A stretch of DNA of 26,661 bases, from the IMG/VR virus record IMGVR_UViG_3300005662_000192, positions 1-26,661 of that record; one strand, written 5' to 3'. Shown in pieces: positions 8,814 to 16,401 of this stretch (position 1 is the first letter of the stretch; each line of letters starts with the position of its first letter). The notes under the pieces are model-generated. The model worked only from the letters and a program-made list of their open reading frames with translations. It ran no database searches and was not told the origin of the DNA. This stretch comes from a virus. Lineage: Duplodnaviria > Caudoviricetes. Both the position numbers and the translations under genes were made by a program.

Positions 8814-9196
8814 GTGTTCATAAATCTTGCTTTTTGTGCAGCAGACATGTTGGCTATTCTTTCATAAAAATACTTCCAAAATGGCTGTTGATCAGGAAAT
8901 GTTTTAATGACGGCAATGACTTCGACATCGTTGCAATTAATCATTCTATATGCTTGCATGAATATATCCCATGCAACTACTAAATTTTTAGATGAGGGGT
9001 CGTATTTTAAAGAATTTGAAGGAACGACGTAATTTAAAACTCTTTTTCCCGGAGCTGATAGCAAAAGGTTGCGATCATTTGTGCACAACATTCTTCTGTA
9101 ATCATTAAAACCAGGCTTTTCTATACGTCTCAAAAAGCGAAGTTCTGCTGCATTAGTTCTCAGCAGAGTCCACAGCGCTGTACGTCCGAGTCGCAT
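8810..9196 (-). CDS. WYL_2/DUF2693-like SH3/Sm-fold protein
   Basis: ELRF.R...RRMLCT...LVVAWDIFMQAYRMI resembles the V.F.K...R.M.CT...VWD....WRSF signature of that phage family. Confidence 0.5.
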   Translation of the reverse strand: MRLGRTALWTLLRTNAAELRFLRRIEKPGFNDYRRMLCTNDRNLLLSAPGKRVLNYVVPSNSLKYDPSSKNLVVAWDIFMQAYRMINCNDVEVIAVIKTFPDQQPFWKYFYERIANMSAAQKARFMNT

Positions 9197-9204
9197 TTAT
9201 TAAT

Positions 9205-9600
9205 TTAGTTTGCACTATCGGCTGGCTTACAAATACCAAAAATTCTGTCTTCGTTCAAGAAAATATTTAAAACTCCGTTTTTCTGGATTCCCTTAATTCC
9301 TCTATCTCCAGGAAAGATTATGTAATGCCCAGCTTTGACTTGTTTTGTATTCGGACCAGTTAAAATTACTTTGCCAATTCTCCATGCCTTGTTGTCTACA
9401 ACTTCATTTGGAAGAATGATTCCGTTTCGAATCAAGCTCCTTCCGTCTTCAGCAACATCTGCATATACAACTTGGATTACGTCCCCTAGTAGCTCAACGA
9501 TGTCATAGTCTTCCGGCAAAGGACAATTTTGATATTCATCTAAGTTTGCAATTCCATTGTTTTCTCTAGCTAGAGTGTGCGAATGTGGTGTTTGTTCCAT
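9205..9600 (-). CDS. GroES/Cpn10-like co-chaperonin (T4 gp31 analogue)
   Basis: LLGDVIQV, NGIILP (mobile loop), GKVILTGP, VKAGHYIIF and FLNEDRIFG follow the Cpn10 consensus. Confidence 0.82.
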   Translation of the reverse strand: MEQTPHSHTLARENNGIANLDEYQNCPLPEDYDIVELLGDVIQVVYADVAEDGRSLIRNGIILPNEVVDNKAWRIGKVILTGPNTKQVKAGHYIIFPGDRGIKGIQKNGVLNIFLNEDRIFGICKPADSAN

Positions 9601-9649
9601 AGTAAGTAATTAAAGCATAAAATAATCCCGTCAACGATAAATACCTTAT

Positions 9650-9985
9650 ATGATATTTAAAGATACGGAAATGTTGGCTGAAGCTTATACAACAGTTTTA
9701 GAAAAGAAGTGTACATGCAAACATGCCGCTAAAGGATGTAAATGTAATAATTGCAAAGACTGCAAATGCAACCAAAAGAAAAAAAATCTAAAAGAAGCTG
9801 CAAAAGAAAAGCCTGACTATTTAGATGTAGACGAAGACGGAGACAAGAAAGAGTCAATAAAAAAAGCTCTGTCGGACAAGGGCGAGAAAAAAGAAGTAAA
9901 AGAAGAAGCAACGGAATTTACAAATCTATATCGACAAATTATGGAAGAAGAGGAACGTAGTCCATTCGGTCCTTCTGTTTTTTAA
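9650..9985 (+). CDS. Cys-cluster protein with a DxDxDG motif, probably a virion or head protein
   Basis: CTCKHAAKGCKCNNCKDCKC followed by KPDYLDVDEDGDKKE; GATAAATA lies just upstream. Confidence 0.65.
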   Translation: MIFKDTEMLAEAYTTVLEKKCTCKHAAKGCKCNNCKDCKCNQKKKNLKEAAKEKPDYLDVDEDGDKKESIKKALSDKGEKKEVKEEATEFTNLYRQIMEEEERSPFGPSVF

Positions 9986-10347
9986 TTTGCAAGGCTTTTG
10001 TCGAGCAATAATATAATTTCTCGTTCTGACAATTCTAATTTTTCAGCGAGCAACTTAATGCGAAAGTCTTGTTCTTTCTGTTCATCTTTAACTTTTTTGA
10101 TGTATTGTATTCTTGGACACCGGTTTAATTTGGGAATGAGGCAGATTAACATTTTGTAGTGCATTTCTTTGTTCTCTAACAAACCTTTGCTGTTAATTTG
10201 TTCCGTAATTGCTGTACAAAGAGTTGGATTTACAAAACTTACCCATCTATTAATCAAATACGGAACATAACCATCTAAAGGCAAATCCATGCGCTTGTGG
10301 ACAAAAATATCCGTCAAATAATCAAATATTGTCGCGTTGAGTTTCAA
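9982..10347 (-). CDS. Clamp loader small subunit-like protein (T4 gp62 family)
   Basis: IFDYLTDI...YVPYLINRWVS...IN...HYKMLI...PK...YIKK...LELSERE fits the gp62 pattern of environmental T4-like phages. TTG start. Confidence 0.65.
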   Translation of the reverse strand: MKLNATIFDYLTDIFVHKRMDLPLDGYVPYLINRWVSFVNPTLCTAITEQINSKGLLENKEMHYKMLICLIPKLNRCPRIQYIKKVKDEQKEQDFRIKLLAEKLELSEREIILLLDKSLAN

Positions 10348-10861
10348 TAAAAATGCTTTTTGTTATGTAATGAAATGATTCAATAATTCCATTTTGTAGT
10401 TGAATTAATTGTTCTGCAGAAAGAGTAGAAAGACTGTACAATTGATCAAAGTCTGAATCAAGGGAAAAAATAATATGAAATCCTATTGCTTGCTTCAATT
10501 TATTGATCAGTGTTATAGAAACTTGTTTGTCCTTTACAAAGATACTTCCTTCATCAATATAGCTATCTTGTTTAATCAAGCTAGTTAAAATTGAACCAAT
10601 TTGAGCAGAAAATAATCTTTGAAAACAGACTCCTCCAAATAAACTTTCGTTGTAAATTTCTCCACAGACAATCAAAGCCTTATTAAGATTAAGCATGCCG
10701 ATATTAGCAGGTGACGTAAATGTTATTACATTGCCTAAAGGAGACAATTTGTCTTTAAACAAAGCATGGCCGAATTTATATTTTGTTAAAAAGCACTGAT
10801 ATGTTAATTTACCATCAATCTCTCCGCAAAAATTTTTCAGAACATCTTCTGTTAATATCAT
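10322..10861 (-). CDS. Divergent DUF366-like protein (biotin/lipoate-ligase-like fold)
   Basis: Motif order GNVITF.SP, GEI...FQRLF, IFVKDKQVSITL, FHI parallels DUF366 as I recall it. The GDD motif is replaced. Confidence 0.5.
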   Translation of the reverse strand: MILTEDVLKNFCGEIDGKLTYQCFLTKYKFGHALFKDKLSPLGNVITFTSPANIGMLNLNKALIVCGEIYNESLFGGVCFQRLFSAQIGSILTSLIKQDSYIDEGSIFVKDKQVSITLINKLKQAIGFHIIFSLDSDFDQLYSLSTLSAEQLIQLQNGIIESFHYITKSIFIETQRDNI

Positions 10862-11529
10862 TTTGAATAAATTTGTTTAAATTTTTTGTTGGCTTCTTCC
10901 CATTGAGGCGTAAGCATCGAATCTCCTAAACCATGGTGTATAACTCTAATAGGCAACACTCCACAGGAAACTTTTTGTTGATTTGCTCTCAAGCAAAACG
11001 CGATGTCGTAAAAATGAAAGTCAAAGTTTTCATCAAATGTTAAGTTTTTTTCTAAAAGGTCGTTTACTTTACATGAAATAAACAAGCCATCAATTACCAA
11101 CGCCCGAGATTTAGTAGGTCCAAAGACAGTAGTCCAAACATTATTATCTTTAACGTGAGCTACCTCACCAACAAAATGATCTCTTGGTGCACATAAGTGC
11201 CAAGCTAGCTTATCGGAGGCCTTATTGAACGATTTAGCGCCAGCAAGACCGGTGATAGAGTATGGGCTATTGATTAGCTTTTCATAAAGAAATAAATCCT
11301 CAAGAACTACATCGTCATGCACAAATAAAACCGTTTTGTTTTTGTTAGTTGGGTCATTTATAATTTCGTTGTAACAGGTCGATAATCCTTTTTTGTTGTC
11401 CTTAAAAATGTAAAATTCTATGTTTGAATTTGACTCATAATGCTTTTTAAGACTTTCAGAAATAGGTCTAGTGTGGAATTCTTGATCTGTTTTAGCAGTA
11501 GTGCAGGTTGCTATTAATAGTTTGCTCAT
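10858..11529 (-). CDS. GT-A fold (GT2-like) glycosyltransferase
   Basis: GLSTCYNE, VLFVHDDV (DxD-type metal site), GLAG, IDGLF, FHFYDIAFC and VIHHGLG motifs. Confidence 0.85.
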   Translation of the reverse strand: MSKLLIATCTTAKTDQEFHTRPISESLKKHYESNSNIEFYIFKDNKKGLSTCYNEIINDPTNKNKTVLFVHDDVVLEDLFLYEKLINSPYSITGLAGAKSFNKASDKLAWHLCAPRDHFVGEVAHVKDNNVWTTVFGPTKSRALVIDGLFISCKVNDLLEKNLTFDENFDFHFYDIAFCLRANQQKVSCGVLPIRVIHHGLGDSMLTPQWEEANKKFKQIYSK

Positions 11530-12317
11530 ATGTCTTTGTATTTGGTTTTGAGATATTCGATGTTCTTCTTTGCGAGCACTTGTTGTGTTTCGGTAAGCGT
11601 TTGATCAAAATATGCATTGGTTGTTGGAATTCTTGTAGTATCTCCTTTTTCAAAATCAATTCCATTTAAAGCTGCTAATATTGTATAACAACTATCCGAA
11701 CTACGAATAAAAGGGATTTTGTTATTCAAATAATAATCAAACTCGTTGTGCTCTCCCATTCCAAGAAGATGCAAAGGTTTCATCAACCAATTTTTGCGAT
11801 TGAGTTCTTCTACGCATTGGTTTCTCGACACACCAATCATCGTGTCCCACTCCGCGTTATTCCAACATTTAGGAACAGCAATTTTGCTAAGCCCAATACA
11901 AGAAACAAATGGATTTGTAGCCATTTCATAATAACACTCAAGCCATTCGTCTTTTGTAGAACCTTGAGGACAAGCGAATATTGAAGTATGAGAAAGCAAA
12001 CCCTTTTGAAGCATCTTTGCGGCAAAGTCATAAAAGTTTTTCAATGTTTGTTTTTTGTCAAACAACACATCTGGAGCAATTACTTCATCTGGTTTAAGCT
12101 CGGCTGTAACGTTCAATAAAACCTCTTCCGTCACGAGACTGTGTTCTGCAGCTGAATTATCTAAAGTTATAAAAACTTTTGGAGATTGATTTCTCAACTT
12201 CAAAAAATGACGTTTGTAGTTTTCATCTTGAATGTAATGATGAGCTAAAGCGAAATAACGATCGCCGTTATCCATTAATTCTAGATGTTTGTTTGGTGGA
12301 ATACAATAGAATTTCAT
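11526..12317 (-). CDS. TGT/DpdA-like TIM-barrel base-exchange enzyme
   Basis: LDNS, APDV, PQG, IGLS, HLLG and RSSDS occur in the order of the catalytic and base-binding motifs of the tRNA-guanine transglycosylase fold. No C-terminal CxCxxC zinc site. Confidence 0.65.
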   Translation of the reverse strand: MKFYCIPPNKHLELMDNGDRYFALAHHYIQDENYKRHFLKLRNQSPKVFITLDNSAAEHSLVTEEVLLNVTAELKPDEVIAPDVLFDKKQTLKNFYDFAAKMLQKGLLSHTSIFACPQGSTKDEWLECYYEMATNPFVSCIGLSKIAVPKCWNNAEWDTMIGVSRNQCVEELNRKNWLMKPLHLLGMGEHNEFDYYLNNKIPFIRSSDSCYTILAALNGIDFEKGDTTRIPTTNAYFDQTLTETQQVLAKKNIEYLKTKYKDI

Positions 12318-12736
12318 TGTTTTAAAATATATTTTTTTACTTCTAAAATACCTAAATTGACATCTCCTTGTTCTGCTTCTTTAAAAGGAGCCACGTCTCC
12401 TTGACGCGAACGTTCCATATAACGTGTTTTGCGTTCTTTTTTAGGACATTCGATCCAAATCATCGTTGCATCAGGAAAATGTTTTAGTATTTCTTTTTGT
12501 CGAACACCAGAAACAATGTATTGCTTGATGTCACACAAAGGCATTTTGCGTATGAGTTGTTCAACGATTATTTCATGGAGCTCTTTAGAATCCTGAAGTT
12601 CTTTTCTATCAGAAGTTTTCTTTATTTCTCTAACTATATCTCCAACTTCTATATAAATCCCATCAACTAAAGCTGCTAATGCTTTTGAGTAATGAGTTTT
12701 ACCTGAGCAGAGTTGACCACAAACAAATGTTATCAT
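12314..12736 (-). CDS. P-loop nucleoside monophosphate kinase-like protein
   Basis: N-terminal GQLCSGKT Walker A, GDIVRE, IVSGVR and a lid-like RKTRYMER segment. Confidence 0.8.
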   Translation of the reverse strand: MITFVCGQLCSGKTHYSKALAALVDGIYIEVGDIVREIKKTSDRKELQDSKELHEIIVEQLIRKMPLCDIKQYIVSGVRQKEILKHFPDATMIWIECPKKERKTRYMERSRQGDVAPFKEAEQGDVNLGILEVKKYILKQ

Positions 12737-13077
12737 TTGTATACTTTAGCTCCATTTTCATTATCTTCAAGCACTTCTACTGAATCACAATCATAATAAT
12801 TTAAAAGTTCTTCAGCAAGCATTTCACATGACTTCGAACCAAGTTCTCCCGGTCTGCCATATTTAATTTCAAGATAATTTTGAACTTGACGTTTAAACCA
12901 AATAATCTCTACGTCTCGATCGGAGTGAGTTACAGTTTTTTCCAATTTAATATGGAAAACATGACGGTGTCTGTCAAATAAAAAGTGCAATTCAGGTTGA
13001 TTTGGAAGGGCTTGTTTGACTCCTTGCCAGTTATGAAAGGCTTCGTATTGGAGATTTATTACTACTGTAGTTTTCAT
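12733..13077 (-). CDS. QueD/PTPS-like T-fold protein
   Basis: AFH...HRH (three His, like QueD H...HGH zinc ligands), SCEMLA (cf. TAENIA) and VEVLEDNENGA. ATG 13077 is preferred because the 13107 start lies inside a terminator hairpin. Confidence 0.65.
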   Translation of the reverse strand: MKTTVVINLQYEAFHNWQGVKQALPNQPELHFLFDRHRHVFHIKLEKTVTHSDRDVEIIWFKRQVQNYLEIKYGRPGELGSKSCEMLAEELLNYYDCDSVEVLEDNENGAKVYK

Positions 13078-13084
13078 CAAAGAT

Positions 13085-13112
13085 AGTATAAAGCAAAAAA
13101 GGCCCAATGCAA
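13085..13112 (-). promoter_or_regulatory. Sigma70-like promoter for the QueD-like operon
   Basis: Minus strand TTGCAT-N16-TATACT, followed 7 nt later by the ATG at 13077. Confidence 0.55.
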
Positions 13113-13130
13113 CAGCAAAGGGCCTTTTTT
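13095..13130. terminator. Intrinsic terminator, potentially bidirectional
   Basis: AAAAAAGGCCC ... GGGCCTTTTTT arms with an inner TGC/GCA stem, 15 nt past the stop of the 73-aa gene. Confidence 0.85.
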
Positions 13131-13144
13131 ATTGTTATTTTGTA

Positions 13145-13366
13145 TTACTCAGCAACGCAAGCAAACTGACCAAGGGAGTTGCGGACGTTGTGGTAGCGAG
13201 GACGAAGAACTGCCTCGTTTGTACGATCGAGGAAGCCAAGGAACTCGTACTTAGAAGGATCGAGATGGCGGGTGATCATCTTAATCTTATTAGTGACCGG
13301 AAGGCCAGAAGTAAGTTGAGTTTTGCGTCCAGTGATTTTTTCGATTGGTTTAATGTATGTGTTCAT
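13145..13366 (-). CDS. Small basic hypothetical protein (73 aa)
   Basis: ORF flanked by a candidate promoter (TTGACC-N18-TATTAA, 13403-13374) and a terminator. Uses C-ending and CGT codons like gp23. Confidence 0.7.
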   Translation of the reverse strand: MNTYIKPIEKITGRKTQLTSGLPVTNKIKMITRHLDPSKYEFLGFLDRTNEAVLRPRYHNVRNSLGQFACVAE

Positions 13367-13413
13367 TGGACCTTTAATATCCTATGTATTTTTTATAGGT
13401 CAACAGATATTTT

Positions 13414-14457
13414 TTAAAACGTGTTATTTACCGGAGTAGCTACCATTGTAGTATTTCCTCGCCTTGTGTTATTTGTTAAAATCCAGCGACTTCCGTTTGG
13501 AGAAGTTAGAGTAAATCTAGTAATATTATCGAGAGTTAAATCCACATTTATGTAATTATTTGTAAGTCCATCAATTTGTTGCCCAATGGTAAGAAGGGTT
13601 TTCATATCTCTGGTGTAATATGTAGTTTTTGACACTTGATCGTAAATGTATTGGTTTGCTCCAAATTCCGTAAAAATATTTTCTCCAGCAACTGGTAGCC
13701 AGTTTAACCCATCAAATTGGTATTTTTGTAATCCTTGGCCAGGTCTAAAATCAAAAGCAAATTGATTTGTTGGCATAGGAACATCAACGCTTCTTATAAT
13801 TGCATGAAAAGAACCAGAGTTATCAAATGTCCAATCATTGTGGCGGATTTGCAGCCTTCCTGCAACCGCGGCAGAATTTCTGTACGTTGCTCCAACTCGA
13901 AATGGTCCATTTAACACTACTCCATTTGCTGGATTTACAATGCGACCAATAATAGCCATGTGAGAATAGTTTGCCATAACATCACAGCAATCAGGCCAAA
14001 CATTTCCAACGGGCCCGCCTGTTCCGTTGCCGTTTACTATTGGGCACTGCGGGAAAACGCCACAAACGTCGACTATTCCAGTGGTGTTAATATAATACCA
14101 TTCCCCTGCAACTAAATTGATGCCTGTGTCAAACCATTGAACTGGACCTCCTGCAGGTGTAGCTAAATTGGTATCTATGTCTATTACAGTTGTTCTAAAA
14201 ATATGCCGTCTATTGGCATTAAGATTGGCAAAATCATTGTCGTTTTCAATTACATGAGCAAAAACTACAGGGTCTATACATGAAGTTCGGGTGCTGCCAA
14301 TAGGAACAGCTCTAACAATTTGGCCGTTTCTATTTGGAGCATTAATTCTTACCGAGTTTATTAAATCGTTTCCTATCCCAGCATGATTTATTAAAAAAGC
14401 TGGATCTGAATGATTAACATCGATAACTGTGTTATTATTAATAATGTCGGTTGGCAT
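13414..14457 (-). CDS. Fibre / receptor-binding protein, paralogue 3, with a LecA/PA-IL-like domain
   Basis: Shares N- and C-terminal scaffold with the two upstream genes. Central WFDTGINL.AG...AIIGRI...PFRVG...GRLQIRHND...DNSGSF resembles PA-IL-like lectin domains. Confidence 0.65.
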   Translation of the reverse strand: MPTDIINNNTVIDVNHSDPAFLINHAGIGNDLINSVRINAPNRNGQIVRAVPIGSTRTSCIDPVVFAHVIENDNDFANLNANRRHIFRTTVIDIDTNLATPAGGPVQWFDTGINLVAGEWYYINTTGIVDVCGVFPQCPIVNGNGTGGPVGNVWPDCCDVMANYSHMAIIGRIVNPANGVVLNGPFRVGATYRNSAAVAGRLQIRHNDWTFDNSGSFHAIIRSVDVPMPTNQFAFDFRPGQGLQKYQFDGLNWLPVAGENIFTEFGANQYIYDQVSKTTYYTRDMKTLLTIGQQIDGLTNNYINVDLTLDNITRFTLTSPNGSRWILTNNTRRGNTTMVATPVNNTF

Positions 14458-14459
14458 AT

Positions 14460-16394
14460 TTATATTGCTGTTGTTGTTACGTTGCCGTTGTTATCAACTC
14501 GCACTGCATAGCGCGTTCCGTTTGGAGAAGTCATTATTAAATCCGTTCCAGGTGCAATGTCTATCAAGCCGGTAGCTGGATTTTGTCTCATTGAAACGGG
14601 AGCTCGGAATTGAGACCGAGTTCCTTCACTAGATACCAGATACGTTTTTTCGGTATATTGATCGTGAACAAAGGTGCCTATTGGAAAATCTTGTGTTATG
14701 GGAGTGTTTGGTAACAAAATCCAACTATTGTTTACGTTGTTCCACGTATATGTGTCGTTTGTAAAAATGTTATAAAATGGAGATATATCTCGTAACTCCT
14801 CAAAAACAAAACTAAGAGGTCTTTGTGCCATGTTTCCGACTCCTAAAGAACAAGGAGTTGCAAACTTTGCCAATCTGGCATCATCAGCTAAGTTAAAAGT
14901 AATGTCTGCTCCAGCTACAAAAACATTATTCGTCAAAAAGTTTGTTGTGCTGCAAGTGAATTGATTGCCAATACGAACTACTCTTATTAGACATCCATCG
15001 TTTAAATTATCCCAATTTACGTTGTTGTTTATAGCATTAACCAAAGCAGAAGAATCGTTAATTATCCAGGTCTGATCATTGAATTCTCTACCGGTAAAAT
15101 GGCCAACATTGTAAACTAATCCCCACCGTATATTACTTACTGTAGAATTAACTGTGTTTAAACCTACTCCTCCTGTGGTTAAACCACGAACTAAACTTAA
15201 AGTATGAGTGATACGAGTAATGGGATCTGTGTATGCGGCTATAACAACAGTTGCTTGACCTGCAGGATTAGCTGCAACGCCGCCATACATCAATTTTTGC
15301 ACGGAAGTTGTGGTGTTTGGTCCAGCAGTAAACGTAGTGGCTGGATTAGTTATTTCTGTTAACGGAGCGTTGCCTTGCAAAGCTAAGAATGTAGTAGAAC
15401 CCAATTGAGGTAAAGGGGCTTGGGGTACATCAAAAAAAAGATTTTCGTATAAAGCTACGTTTGATATTCTCAAATTTGATACGCTGCATGCAGCTCCTTC
15501 CCCTCTTGGAGCAAATCCAATTGTCAAATTAAAATTATTTGTATAATTTCTTCCAACTCCATCATTTACAAAGTTGCCTTGTCTAATTCCATTTATATAA
15601 ATAGCAAATTGCAGCTGTCCTCCATTATTTCGTCTGACAACTGCCACGTGATTCCAAATATTTTGAAAGCTTTTTGGATTAATATTAGCTGCAGCCATTA
15701 CCGCTTCCCCTACAGACATATCAGTAAAACTTATCATATTAGCGTTGACGTTGATTCCCCAAGTGCCAGCAGATGAACCATTTGGTTCTCTTTTTTGAAT
15801 TACTCGAGGTCCTCCACCAGTATACAACATCCAAAATTCGATTGTAAATGCTCCTGCGCCCAAATTTCCTCTCGCTGTCTGATCTACGCTAATTTGCTGG
15901 TTTTGCACCACAGACCAAGCATTGTGTTGTCTGTACAACGATCTGACTCTTACTTGAGCTATTACATTATCATATTTGTGCTTCGTCCTTAAAAATTCAT
16001 AGTTTGCTCCGTTAACCACATTCAGTCTAATACTTTTTTCTGAATCAACTGTCCACGGAGATGTAACAAATTGATCTGCATCGGTTGTAAGAGCTCTGTG
16101 CGTATAGAGATCTTTAGCTAGCTCTGCTGAAGACAATTTCCTATTTTGTTGTATAATATCATCAACTTCGTTTTGATTTTCAGCAATTTGAGCAAAGCGT
16201 ATTCGATTATCGAATGAAATGCTTGATCCAGCATCATTTGACACAAACATTGTTTTCCAAGCTTCTGTGTTACTTTCTATACGCAAAGGCTCCCCTGTAC
16301 CAGCTTGATTAATCGTCAAAGTAGTCGACATATCAACTGATGAGATGTGATTTAATATATGAGCATTAGTTGAATTTAAATTGTCTGTAGCCAT
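14460..16394 (-). CDS. Fibre / receptor-binding protein, paralogue 2, with a LamG/ConA-like domain
   Basis: Start reassigned to MATDNL (16394) by similarity to the paralogue starts. FTIEFWM, WNHVAVVR, IYING and SNLRISNVALY are LamG-like motifs. C-terminal TSPNGTRYAVRVDNNG. Confidence 0.75.
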   Translation of the reverse strand: MATDNLNSTNAHILNHISSVDMSTTLTINQAGTGEPLRIESNTEAWKTMFVSNDAGSSISFDNRIRFAQIAENQNEVDDIIQQNRKLSSAELAKDLYTHRALTTDADQFVTSPWTVDSEKSIRLNVVNGANYEFLRTKHKYDNVIAQVRVRSLYRQHNAWSVVQNQQISVDQTARGNLGAGAFTIEFWMLYTGGGPRVIQKREPNGSSAGTWGINVNANMISFTDMSVGEAVMAAANINPKSFQNIWNHVAVVRRNNGGQLQFAIYINGIRQGNFVNDGVGRNYTNNFNLTIGFAPRGEGAACSVSNLRISNVALYENLFFDVPQAPLPQLGSTTFLALQGNAPLTEITNPATTFTAGPNTTTSVQKLMYGGVAANPAGQATVVIAAYTDPITRITHTLSLVRGLTTGGVGLNTVNSTVSNIRWGLVYNVGHFTGREFNDQTWIINDSSALVNAINNNVNWDNLNDGCLIRVVRIGNQFTCSTTNFLTNNVFVAGADITFNLADDARLAKFATPCSLGVGNMAQRPLSFVFEELRDISPFYNIFTNDTYTWNNVNNSWILLPNTPITQDFPIGTFVHDQYTEKTYLVSSEGTRSQFRAPVSMRQNPATGLIDIAPGTDLIMTSPNGTRYAVRVDNNGNVTTTAI

Positions 16395-16401
16395 AAAATT
16401 T

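Noticed and set aside
13078-13144. Possible preQ1 riboswitch upstream of the QueD-like gene
   Set aside because: I could not find a preQ1 aptamer pattern; a terminator plus promoter explains the region.
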